A DNA stretch of 63,983 nt, counting the filler, from Parasitella parasitica NRRL 2501 (Eukaryota > Fungi > Mucoromycota), in assembly GCA_025201805.1 (NCBI GenBank). It is 4 parts of 4 records of this genome, joined end to end, with 100 filler letters (N's around TTAATTAATTAA, not from the genome) between each part and the next. Parts side by side here need not be neighbours in the genome. Positions count along the whole stretch, not along the records: positions 20,568 to 38,461 come from MU619363.1; 3 more parts are not named here. One strand, 5' to 3'. Numbering within the stretch: the first letter of the stretch is position 1; every line of letters begins with the position of its first letter. Positions 25,275-37,143 of this stretch are shown piece after piece. The notes beneath the pieces are model-generated. The model worked only from the letters and a program-made list of their open reading frames with translations, was not told where the DNA came from and made no database searches. Made by a program: the position numbers and the translations under genes.

Positions 25275-25710
25275 TGTTGAGATCTGCAAGATCGAAATAA
25301 GAAAAGTATAATAAATATAAAACGTTGAATTAACGAGATACGAAAACTTGAGATTACTTTATTAAAGATTCAACTTTGCATCTGCTATTTATACTTTTTA
25401 CAACAACATAAATTTTTGGTGACTTATTTAAAATACTAGTCGATACTAATCGATAAGAATAATTTGCAAGCAACATCATATCCTTAACAGGGTACGATGT
25501 ATTATTATACTACAAGGCTATTGATCTTTGATCTGACAGTACCTTATTGTTTGTCAATCATACAGATCTGTGTTACAGATAACCTTCCTGATTTGAAACA
25601 AAGACTTTATTCTCCTGTTTCGACCAGTATAACAACACATCATTGGACAATCTCCAATCTTCAATTGAAGTACACTATCATGATCTCCTAACCTACATTA
25701 TGGCAGATCA
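25275..25710 (-). mobile_element. Solo LTR, family B (subfamily B1, 436 bp), inserted in gag
   Basis: TG...CA termini; TSD TTGCC/TCGCC (1 mismatch); removal rejoins gag as KVHTIKANSSEYDDPMEVD; near-identical to 29502-29911. Confidence 0.92.
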
Positions 25711-26784
25711 TCGCCTTTATGGTATGGACTTTTTCAGTGTACTCGATTAAACGAGCTTTATTTTCAATGTCGAGCGCTCTCGAAATAACATCGTCAACCT
25801 TGGTTATGTCTTTGATTTCAATATATTTTACTATATTAGAGCAAAGTCTTTTGTCTTGTAACGATTGAGTAAACATATTAATTTTTTGGTCTTCTGTCAT
25901 TTGACTGGCTGGAAGAAAATTCAGGAGATGTTGCCATTTGGCACTGCGTTATCGGATCGATTCACCTTTTCCCTGTTTTCAGTGACAAAGGTTCTTAGTG
26001 AATTCTTAGTATTCCACTTCCGCAGGTTTGCCAAATTGCAATAGAAGTTGTTCCTTTAGGGTAACCCATGTTTTCCTTATGTCAGCGGGTTGTGTGGGTA
26101 ACCAATTTTTGATGATTGGAGGCACATGTTTGCCGCGCCCAGCTGAACTGTGCATATATATCCTTGTCTTCAATACCTACAAATGAGGCCTGAAGCACGA
26201 ATTCCTTCAAGTAAATTGTTAAGCTATCACTAACATCATAAATAGGCACGTCGATTAGTTTAACTTTTTCAAAGTTAAGGTACTTTCATAAAGTCAACAA
26301 TGCTTTGTGTCATTATAAGGTGGTGTTCAGGAGCGGTGTTGTAAGACAATTGTGATTCTATAGTGTAGTATGAATCAGATGAGGAAACTGATCGATTTAA
26401 ACTTAGTAATTTGCTTCTGTTAAGTTGGAGAAGTTCTAGTTCAAAATCGATGCGTTTACTAACGTAGTTGTCCGGTTCCAATGATCTGAAACGTTTGATG
26501 GATGTAGCTTGTAGTTGGTTGAGTTTTTTTTGTTTGGTAATGTTGAGCGTTGATTTGCTACGGTTGGGTTGTTGTATTGGGTGTGTTTGAGTCTCTTATT
26601 GTGAAGTTGATCTGATCTTTGAGATTAGTAGCCTCTCCATGTAATGTTCTGTGTATAAACAGACAGCCTAATTGTGATGGAGTACAATTATCTAGTAGTA
26701 AGGGTAGAATGATGTACCATGTGTGAAATACATTCACCATGATGATCTGCATTCCACTTCTAGATTCATCCAGTTACCTTAAAT

Positions 26785-27233
26785 TGATATAAACTACATA
26801 TGCGCACAGATAATAAGATGTGCAATACAGATTTATACTATATAAGATNNNNNNNNNNNNNNNNNNNNNNNNNNNNNNNNNNNNNNNNNNNNNNNNNTAG
26901 ATTTAGTATATGCTACGAGCTTATGCTATATAAGATCGATGCTTCAGATGCGTATTCCCAGTTTCTAGATACGCACTACAAGACATATACTTATATCCAT
27001 GATACTAGCTACAGATACATCATGTACTACAGACTTGTACAATATGTGCAATGCTATAGATATGCTTATGACATGCTATAGACGTGCTACATATACCGAT
27101 ATATGCTAAGATGAATACCAAGCGATATACACTCAGACATGTACTATTAATATAGACTGGATAAGACTATTATACAAGGAATAATATACGCTTATGGATC
27201 GATATTAATGATCTTCGCATAGAAGATTGATCA
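26785..27233 (-). repeat. LTR family C, putative 5' LTR of the Gypsy remnant (contains a 50-N gap)
   Basis: Minus strand begins TGATCAATC and ends TTTATATCA, directly upstream of the gag leader. Confidence 0.6.
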
Positions 27234-27794
27234 GGGTACTACCTCGGGTAAAGTCTATCTCCTGACTCAAATATATTTAAGTTATCTTGAGTCTGCTGAT
27301 ATGTAGGTTAGCACAAAGTCAAGATGCTATTTACGCAGTATTGTCGTACATGTTGAATTGCAAGAGTAGAACATTTATCCACAGTTTAAGTATATAAAGG
27401 TTCATCTACCTGGCCAGTAGATGAACTGGAGCTTTATACACCTGTCGATTTGACAATAAAACCTATACCTTATCAAGTTGACTTTATTGTTTTTTATTAT
27501 AATTTTTTTCCGTGAATCCATATAACAATTTATACCGATTCCACACCATGTTAATGGACGGTTGGTGTATCTAATTGTTGACATTGCTATCAGGGTTATT
27601 ACTTATTACTATATAATATATGTAGATATTATTGGACAAGAAGTAGTTGACAGCAATGCGGCGATGTTTATATGAACTATAAACTTATATGTAAACAACA
27701 ATCGTTAGTGACAGATCAGGTTTGCAGTGATAAGGATGATTTATAGATAATAGATTTGCTAGTATATGAGAAATGTTTATGGTAATAAACTATA

Positions 27795-29290
27795 CCGGAT
27801 TTTGATTTCAAAATAGTGACATTTAAATTTTTTTAGTTGTTTTACAATTTCAATTTAGTGATTTTACTGATTTAACTTAGTGGATAATGGGTTGATAGTA
27901 CAAATAAAATTTATCTTTATTCTTTAATAGATTTCTTTGGAGGCAAGACAATCAGAAAAAAACTGATGCTGTGCCTTACCCAACTCTCGCAATCTTTTCT
28001 GATAATCTCTCTACTGCAATCTCCAATGTACTGCAAAAAAAACTCATTGTTGCCTAAGCCTGGCTTTCTTTTTGTCAAAGTTTTGAGTTTTGAGAAGCTT
28101 TCTTCGATTGGGTTCAAAAAAGGTGAATATGGAGGCAAGAAGTGTATTTTATGCCTTGTTGTCTGGATGTAATTTTTGACTTCAAGAGAAGTATGGATCC
28201 CAGCATTGTCCATAATGAAATAATGCGGTGCCGCATTACTATCGTCGAGTNNNNNNNNNNNNNNNNNNNNNNNNNNNNNNNNNNNNNNNNNNNNNNNNNN
28301 NNNNNNNNNNNNNNNNNNNNNNNNNNNNNNNNNNNNNNNNNNNNNNNNNNNNNNNNNNNNNNNNNNNNNNNNNNNNNNNNNNNNNNNNNNNNNNNNNNNN
28401 NNNNNNNNNNNNNNNNNNNNNNNNNNNNNNNNNNNNNNNNNNNNNNNNNNNNNNNNNNNNNNNNNNNNNNNNNNNNNNNNNNNNNNNNNNNNNNNNNNNN
28501 NNNNNNNNNNNNNNNNNNNNNNNNNNNNNNNNNNNNNNNNNNNNNNNNNNNNNNNNNNNNNNNNNNNNNNNNNNNNNNNNNNNNNNNNNNNNNNNNNNNN
28601 NNNNNNNNNNNNNNNNNNNNNNNNNNNNNNNNNNNNNNNNNNNNNNNNNNNNNNNNNNNNNNNNNNNNNNNNNNNNNNNNNNNNNNNNNNNNNNNNNNNN
28701 NNNNNNNNNNNNNNNNNNNNNNNNNNNNNNNNNNNNNNNNNNNNNNNNNNNNNNNNNNNNNNNNNNNNNNNNNNNNNNNNNNNNNNNNNNNNNNNNNNNN
28801 NNNNNNNNNNNNNNNNNNNNNNNNNNNNNNNNNNNNNNNNNNNNNNNNNNNNNNNNNNNNNNNNNNNNNNNNNNNNNNNNNNNNNNNNNNNNNNNNNNNN
28901 NNNNNNNNNNNNNNNNNNNNNNNNNNNNNNNNNNNNNNNNNNNNNNNNNNNNNNNNNNNNNNNNNNNNNNNNNNNNNNNNNNNNNNNNNNNNNNNNNNNN
29001 NNNNNNNNNNNNNNNNNNNNNNNNNNNNNNNNNNNNNNNNATATTTTATTTTATTTGGATTGTATTTTTTATAAGCATTTATACCATATCACTAAAGCAT
29101 AGCTTTGGTCATATAAACGTAATCTGCTTTTATTACAGTAGTACGAGGTACACCGATATTGGTACCTATTAAAAACTTTAACAATGATGAATATATGACA
29201 TTTCTTAAGTTGAAAAAGTATAATCACTAAATTGAAATTGTAAAACAACTAAATCAATTTAAATGTCCCTATTTTGAAATCAAAATCCGG
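27795..29290 (-). mobile_element. Tc1/IS630-mariner transposon with ~75-bp TIRs (middle lies in an assembly gap)
   Basis: TIR CCGGATTTTGATTTCAAAATAG... at both ends; TA at 27793-27794 and 29291-29292; transposase C-terminus 27917-28250 has IMDNAGIH and FLPPYSPFLNPIEESFSKLK. Confidence 0.92.
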
Positions 29291-29501
29291 TAATAGCTAT
29301 TACACATATTTTCACTCGCGTTCCAATATCTGGTAAAGATTGAACCTATTTATAGCAATTGGATGTTTCATGTAAAATGAGACATCATGTAATGTGAACC
29401 ATTACACTAATATAGTAATTATATTATTCAGCGAAAAGATATACTGACTTTTTATTGAAGTAAATATTGAGTTTACTTTATAATATGTAAGATAATAACG
29501 T

Positions 29502-29911
29502 TGATCTGCCATAATGTAGGTTAGGAGATCATGATAGTGTACTTCAATTAAAGATTGGAGATTGTCCAATGATGTGTTGTTATACTGGTCGAAACAAATC
29601 AGGAAGGTTATCAGTAACACAGATCTGTGTGATTGACAAACAATAAGGTACTGTCAGATCAAAGATCAATAGCCTTGTAGTATAATAATACATCGTACCC
29701 TGTTAAGGATATGATGTTGCTTGCAAATTATTCTTATCGATTAGTATCGACTAGCATTTTAAATAAGTCACCAAAAATTTATGTTGTTGTAAAAAGTATA
29801 AATAGCAGATGCAAAGTTGAATCTTTAATAAAGTAATCTCAAGTTTTCGTATCTCGTTAATTCAACGTTTTATATTATACTTTTCTTATTTCGATCTTGC
29901 AGATCTCAACA
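29502..29911 (+). mobile_element. Solo LTR, family B (subfamily B1, 410 bp)
   Basis: TGATCTGCC...GATCTCAACA; perfect TSD AACGT at 29497-29501 and 29912-29916. Confidence 0.93.
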
Positions 29912-29916
29912 AACGT

Positions 29917-30190
29917 GACACAGGCAATGATGGAAACCATTGCGAGGTTAGCTATTACCCGATTTGAAATTGAAGCATCTACTGAGGTATTTTCTATATA
30001 TAAGAAGAGCGCGTCAGTAAAATAATTTCTGTTAACGACAATATAAATAACGGTTTGCATTAGTCGTAAAGGAAAAGATACTATGATAATTGCAACATAC
30101 AAAATACGATTCCCATCATTTCATCTTACCAAGCTATTCCGCAAGCTTCTCCTTGATAAAAAAAAGCTACAATTTTTTTATAATGAAGCT
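29917..30190 (+). repeat. Diverged, internally deleted copy of the 23550-24659 repeat
   Basis: cacaggcaatgatggaaa...gctattacccgatttgaaattgaagc matches the reverse complement of ~24160-24285; accaagctattcc...gctacaatttttt matches the reverse complement of ~23555-23655. Confidence 0.7.
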
Positions 30191-30237
30191 GATTGAATTC
30201 AAAATTTCAGTATAAATAAGTCTGGAATCAAGCAGCT

Positions 30238-30331
30238 TCAGCATGAAAAAATCTTCAAATAAAACGGTTGTGAATGAATCAGGTAAAGATCTCGTTTATT
30301 ACATGGAAAAGTGATGGTTTATGTACTAGTG
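30238..30331 (-). repeat. LTR family A fragment (3' end, reverse orientation)
   Basis: Matches 22424-22519. Confidence 0.8.
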
Positions 30332-31004
30332 TGATGTGTCAATTTCCCAACCGGAAGTCAAACTCAAGTAAACTCAATCCTGAACACAATTCAGGAACAT
30401 ATCCCAATAGATCATGTTCCTTATTTATAACTCAATATGACATGTTCATGGACAATAGATACGATCTATCGTTCCATTCTCTAAATCACACCATGTCTTA
30501 CGCTTGTATCTTATCCTCCCATCAGTCCACTTAGATTTACTAGTATATAAACCATTATTTTTTCCATGTAATAAACGAGATGATCTGCCATAATTATAGA
30601 CAGGAAATCATGACAATGTACTTCAATTGAAGATTGAAGATTGTCCAATGATGTGATGTGATACGCTTGTGTAAATTGGAGAATAAAGTCTCTGTTTCAA
30701 ATCAAGAAGGTTATTCCTGTAAGTAACACAGATCTGAGCACCAGGATAAAGGTTAAGGCACTGTCAGATCAAAGACGTGTAGCCCTTGTCTTGTCAATTA
30801 GTAATCTAAATAAGTCACCATAAATTTATGTAGCTGTAAAAAGTATAAATAGCAGATGCAATTTCAATCTTAAATAAAGTATCTTTAGTTTTCGTATCTC
30901 GATAACCTTTGGTTTTTATTTTATCTTTTTTGATCCAACACGAGATGTTTACCTGATTAATTCACAACTGTTTTATTTAAATAATTTCTCATGCTGATAA
31001 ATCA
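30332..31004 (+). mobile_element. Solo LTR family A carrying a nested LTR-B; flanks do not form a TSD
   Basis: TGATGTGTCAATTTCC...CTGATAAATCA; left flank TAGTG, right flank ACATT. Confidence 0.88.
30581..30940 (+). mobile_element. Solo LTR family B (subfamily B2) nested in LTR-A
   Basis: TGATCTGCC...GATCCAACA; perfect TSD CGAGA at 30576-30580 and 30941-30945. Confidence 0.92.
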
Positions 31005-31153
31005 ACATTATTAGACAATATTCAATCTTCGATTAAAGTACATTGCTATTATTTCCTGTCTATAATTATGGCTAATCAAAAATTATTTTATTTAACTAAA
31101 TATAAACTCTAATTTTAAACGTGAGATCTTCTCCAATAATACATCTATTGACA

Positions 31154-32535
31154 TTATATATTGACACAGTGATAGACCCATCTTTCGCAGTCTTGAGGAG
31201 TTATTTTTTTCTTTGCTTCGTTAATGAGCTCCAATAGAGTCTCTTTGTTTTCCTTTGGGCTTTCTCTAACAAAGTTTTTTAATTTGTTAAAGCTAGTTTC
31301 TACAGGATTTAGAATAGGAGAATATGGTGACAAGGAACGGAAGCTATGTTTAGAGTGTTTAAAATAACTTTGTACAATAGGACTCTTGTGAAATTTTGCA
31401 TTACCCAAAATAATTTTTTTTTTTTGATAAGGGTATTGCATATAAACCCAATCCAACAGCTGTTTGATAAATTCAGCTACGGTAAACCTGGTTGTAGAAG
31501 AGTCTCTTATAACGGCTTGTAAAGATTAAATCCTTTTTGCTGAAATAACACCAAAATGTGAAATATTCTTGCCTCTTTTCATCTTTGTGAATACATGAGC
31601 CTTTTCTCCTTTGGCTGATCTTGCACACCCGGGTACCATACAAGCATTAAATCCACTTTCATCAACAAAAATACAGTCTGTCATGTAATCAATACCCTTA
31701 TTGTCATAGAGCAGGATTTGTACGTTAGTTTAACTGCTTGATTGTACAAATTATGAATATGCCTTAAAGATTTTGCCTATAAACAAGTCCATAAATTTTT
31801 TATATCTAATATACACCAATTAATGTTTTAGTTGCCAACTTCTATCTTCATCAATATTTACATTCAATCTTTCTATCAGGTTTATTGGTCAATCATACAT
31901 TACACCAGCATGGCATATTTTTTTATCTTTAGATTCTACATTCAGTATAATTAACTACAGTTTATTCATAGCCATGAGGACCCTGATCCAAACATAAAAT
32001 AAAACAACATACTAAAAAGAATTTTATTTTAGCATTCCCTTTGATTTTCACACTTATGCGAAAGGCCAATACAGCAATCCTTTCGCTCTCTTGCTATTCT
32101 TTCGGTTGCTTGTGTTCCCTCCCCTGGGGATGTTCTTTTGAGGGTCAAACACAGCTTCTGCGTTATATGTCTTTGGATTGTAGAAACCCCAATTGCGTTT
32201 TTCGAAGGGAATTCATCTGGAAACTCGTCAATAAGTCTCTGCCGAAGCTGCTTTAATGTCAAAATATTTCCCTTGTCTTCTCCATCAATTATATTTTTCA
32301 AAAATTCAGAATGAATTTGCTGGATCTTTATATTTCGTGGGCCACCCCGAGGATGGTATTCAACAGTGTCAGTTTTACGAAACCGCTCAAGGATATCTCT
32401 GACTGTTCTGTCAGCAATTTGATATTTTTGACAGATTTCTTTTACTGACATGAAACCCATAAAATGGTCAAAGCAGATTTTCTCCCGAGTTTCCACAGTT
32501 TTATGTGTAGTGTTGCGTTGGAGGCTTTTAGGCAT
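31154..32535 (-). pseudogene. Tc1/IS630 transposase pseudogene interrupted by a ~350-bp insertion
   Basis: N-terminal HTH (RTVRDILERF...PRGG) at 32029-32535; IDYMTDCIFVDESGFNA at ~31640-31700; ILGNAKFH (catalytic D lost) and LSPYSPILNPVETSFNKLK at 31154-31456. Confidence 0.88.
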
Positions 32536-33580
32536 GATAGATTATATACAAAGAGATTGATCTATAATTCTAAAAAACCAAGTATATTTATATTTATATT
32601 TATATGCAATGTCAACATGCGTATAGTATTATGCTTTTTTATTGTAATCCTTACATCATTTTTATGAGTTTGCTTAGGTCGTTTTTGTGAGATGATACAA
32701 AAGATATACAAGTAACAGGGAAAAGAAGTGACATACGTCAATACAATGAAAAGGAACAATCCATCAGATAAATAAACCTTACTAGTCGCATGAATAAAAA
32801 CATGTTTAAAATACCGTTCTTGATCCATCATTAGATCATAAATGTCAATAAACAACTCAATACTCATGACTCATGTAAGGTTAGGATAATAGCTACATTT
32901 AAAATTGTTTTATTGCCCTGATGAATGAACATCCCTTGTCAACACAAGTAGCATGATAATATTCTATCGAGTCAGAACAACTGATTAGAGATACCTTATC
33001 ATGGCACAAACATAGATAATGGCGATACAAGTGCCAGCTAGTAAAAAACCAAATAATATAAATAGAGATGTAAAATAACAGATTAGTGCACACTGAATTC
33101 ACTTTCAAAATAAAGGAAGGATTTCAATCGTACCGTGCTTTCCTACTTTTTTTACTGCGTTTCGCTGTAAACAGTTTCTATTTTCATAATTAACAGACAT
33201 TTGGTCATAGTTTCTGTTAAAGGAACCGAAAAAAAGCGAGATCAAACCCGAAAAACATTATAACGACAACAACTCATCAACACTAGTGCGTAGGTAGATA
33301 ATAGCCTTTCATGGGCATTCTCTGTTGGATGGTTAACCAGCCTCGTTCTCTTTTACTAAACTTTTGAAAGAATAATGATTTGCACCCAACACACAAGTTA
33401 TTTCAGTCTTGTCATTTGTGCATTATACTCAGTTCCACAGTTAGGTGAGATAATCAAGCATTGAACAAAGCAGTGTTTTTAGTGTTTGATGTGATGAGAT
33501 ATATTGGACTTTTTTCATTTATTACAATCAAGAACGTGTGTGTGTGTGTGTGTGTTTGTTTTAATATTCTTATTTTTTTT

Positions 33581-35524
33581 TTAACCTTGTCTTTGACTGT
33601 AATTTAAAAGAAAAAAGGAATTAGCCAATTTCTCTTGTCAACCATACCAACAAAAACTTACCGAGGAGCACATCTAATAATGTTATCAACTCTCAAAATC
33701 ATCTCAGCAGCTTCAGAAGCAGACAGAAGGACTTGCTTCTTAAGCTTGTACGATTCAGTAATACCCAGTTCTCTAACGTCAGCAACTGTGCCATTGACCA
33801 TATCCAAACCAGCCGTTGTTTTATCTTCGTAGTGAGCGGCTCTCAATTGAGAGACCAGCTCTGAAGAATCAAAACCAGCATTGTCAGCCAAAATAGTAGG
33901 CATCTGGCGAAGGGCTTTAGAGAAGGATTCAGCGGCAATAGCACGCTTGCCAGCAGTCTTTGCAGCGACCTCATCAACAGCCTTAGACATAAGCATCTCA
34001 GAACAGCCACCACCCAAGACAGTACGAGGTTCGCGGACAGTTTGAGAGAGCACAGAAAGAGCATCATGGAGAGATCTTTCGGCTTCGTCTAACAACTGCT
34101 GTGTAGCACCGCGGAGGACAATAGTACAAGCTTCGCCAGCAGCAACACCAGAGAACTTGATCAATTTGTCTTCACCAATGATAATTTCCTCGATCAAATC
34201 ACAATGACCCAGTTTAACAAGTTCAGGATGATCAAAAGTGGAAGCAATTTCGCCACCAGTGACAAGGGCTAAACGCTCTACGCCTTCGAAATCGGCATGT
34301 TCAATAGTAGCGACACCAGAATCAGCTAATAATTGTTCAGGCCAGTTGTAGATTAATTGGCGGTTAACAAAGCAGTTGATGCCGTGAGCTTTGATCTTTT
34401 CAACCTTCTCCTTCATCTTGTTACGTTCGGCACGCTCGAGTTCGGCAAGCTTTCCAGTGGCATCGACACGAACACGGGCACCGAAAATCTTGATTTTGTC
34501 AGTATCCATGGCTAAAATGCGATTTGATTGTAAGTATTTCCTACTGATTAGCTGCAAAGGTTTACATTACATGTGTTGGCAATCAGGATATTTGCGTTTT
34601 CAATACGTTTGGGGCAGTTGACGCCAATCTTTTTGTCCAAAATGAAGCCTAATTGTTCTCTGGATCAATACACGTATTCTCCAGTCTCTCGCTGCAACAG
34701 CTCAATTTTTTTTTTTTTTTTTTTACCTTCATCCAAGTAAGAGTCCATCAACTTTCCGCCAGGCTTCTTGATGATCTGAATATTCTCGAGGTTGGTAGAG
34801 CCTTTAAGACGAAGAACAGCGTCGACAGCCAATTTGGAAAAGTATTCTTTGTCCTGAGACAGGACTTTTGAACTAAGGGTAGTCTTGGCGATGTTGATTA
34901 AATCTTGGCGGAAGAGATCTTTGTCCAAACTGTGGTCGACAGCGCTTGCTTCCAGTGTTTTGTAAGCAGCGGCAGAGGCAAGACGGTAACCTTCGATGAT
35001 TGTTTGCGGATGGATGTGCTGATTTATCAAATGCTCGGCTTCACGTAAAAGCTCAGCGGCTAAAACACAAACAGAAGTCGTGCCATCGCCAACTTCATCA
35101 TCCTGGACTTTGGAGATATTTACAAGGACCTTGGCTGCTGCGTTATCCAAGGCGATAGACTTTAAAATAGTTGCGCCGTCGTTGGTAACCAGGATTTCGC
35201 CAGTGGAAGCCGATTGCAGAATTTTGTCCTGAAATAGTAATCTAAGAAGGCTTTCTTTGTCTGTGAGATCTGTTCAGAAACTTACCATGCCCTTGGGGCC
35301 CAATGTGCTCTTGACAAGATCACCTACAGCAATGGCACCGATGAATGATGACTGGGACATGTTAATCGTAACGCACTTCCACACGACTTTTGTGCAATAG
35401 TTACCAAACGAGCATTCTCAGCTCTTTCCTCGGTTGCTTGGTCCTGGAAGATGTTGACAGGGGCTAAAGACTATGGCTTGTTTAATAACGTGTTCTTACA
35501 TCAAGGCGTCACTTGGTTTACCAT
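33581..35524 (-). CDS. CCT2: T-complex protein 1 subunit beta, multi-exon
   Basis: [81 protein letters not shown]. Confidence 0.98.
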
Positions 35525-36247
35525 TTTGCTCCAAATAAAAAAAACAGAAAAAAAAAAGTGTAGTTGAAAAAGAAAACAGGAGAGTGGAAGCTGAAAGAAG
35601 GAAATACAAATCGCTGTCAAAAAGATTTTTCACGGAAAAGGAGGGACACGCGCTTCTCAAAGGGCAAATGTAGACATAGTGACGTGAGCCGCTAATCCTA
35701 CATGCCAATGCTTGATCGACGTTGTCCACGTTTGTTCTGCAAACGAATACCTTAGTTTCCAGTGATTTTATGTGGTTACTAGATCAGACGTGATTCGGGA
35801 TAGAATGGTTTTTGATTTTTTTTTTTTTTTTTTTTTNNNNNNNNNNNNNNNTAAAACTTGATCCCTAGTGTCTACGGTTCAAACGAGCCACGCATTCAAC
35901 GCGGCGATATGTTCCTCTTTAGCATAATTGCAGCTTGGATACTTTCTCCATCATAAATCAAAAACAAACATCGCAAGATGTGTCTGTTGAAAGCTATCCA
36001 AATCAAGCAAAAATAAGCCAACATTTCAGCCTAGCAATCGCTTCCACGCTAGCAGTGGCAAAATCGCAGCTGCTTGCTGACAGGGCCGTGATGACTTGTT
36101 TGGAGCCAATGTCGATTGATCCATTACCAGATTCTTGTTGGTTGCAGTCTGGCTTGGGACACGTCATCACCCAATGCAGGTTGATCAAGTATATTTTTTG
36201 CTTGTTCGATTTCCACGCAAGTTTGTCATCTTTATCAAACCAAATAT

Positions 36248-37006
36248 ATGCAATCAAACATCAATAATCTTCAGCTCCAGCAGATGCAAATGCTACAACA
36301 GCAGCAGCGCTTAGCTGGTATGCTGCAACAAAAACAAAGAGGCTACCAGCAACCCCCTCAGCAGCAGCAGCAGTGGGACGAAAATTCGCAGTTTGCGAAG
36401 CAGCAGCAACTGTTATTGCAGCAGCAACAGCAGCAACAACAACAGCAACAACAACAACAACAACAACAACAACATTTTGCTCTGCAGCAACAACAACAGC
36501 AACAGCAACAGCAGCAGCAATCTCGCATGTCGCAAAAAGATATACATATGATGCGACCTCATGCTATACCTCAACCCAATATGATACCACCCAAACAGCC
36601 AGTCCTACAGCAACAGCAACAGCAACAGCAAACTGTCGTGCCTGCGGTGAACTCGCCAATAACACAGCCACCTCCAGAAAACGCAATCTCGGTGCAAACA
36701 GAAGGGCAGAAGAAGAATTTAATGCAATATCAGAGTCGAGATGATACGTACCAGGATATATTGAATTTACAACATAGACGTCATATTGAGCTTGCACAGG
36801 ATAAAAAAAAGTCTATCGAGATTGCCAGTATGGAGCGAAGGGCTCGCATGCAACACGGGCCATCAGTAGCATTTGGGCCTGGTTATCGAGGGTATGGAAA
36901 TGGAAAGACAGGAACATCGAGTAGGATTCGCTTTCCACGGGACAACAAGAAAAGAAGCCGCACGGCCAAACGAGATAAATTTCGATTGTAAGTATTATGA
37001 TTAATG

Positions 37007-37037
<31 letters not shown>

Positions 37038-37047
37038 NNNNNNNNNN

Positions 37048-37143
<96 letters not shown>

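Larger units (their letters stand above)
24660..27233 (-). mobile_element. Ty3/Gypsy LTR retrotransposon remnant: 5' LTR, gag and protease; pol truncated
   Basis: Broken frames encode TWVTLKEQLLLQFG...QGKGESIR (capsid), DPMEVD, zinc knuckle CSHCGGNHYNYKC and protease ALWDTGA; many stops and frameshifts. Confidence 0.85.

Noticed and set aside
28142-29172. Long ORFs made of X residues
   Set aside because: Artefact of translating the N gap.
25275-29911. Inverted LTR pair read as the ends of one DIRS-like or TIR element
   Set aside because: Each copy has its own distinct 5-bp TSD, so they are independent solo LTRs.
37006-37140. ~135-nt poly(A) in a SNF5 intron, as a possible retro-insertion tail
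   Set aside because: Contains Ns and has no element body or TSD; likely homopolymer/gap-fill artefact.
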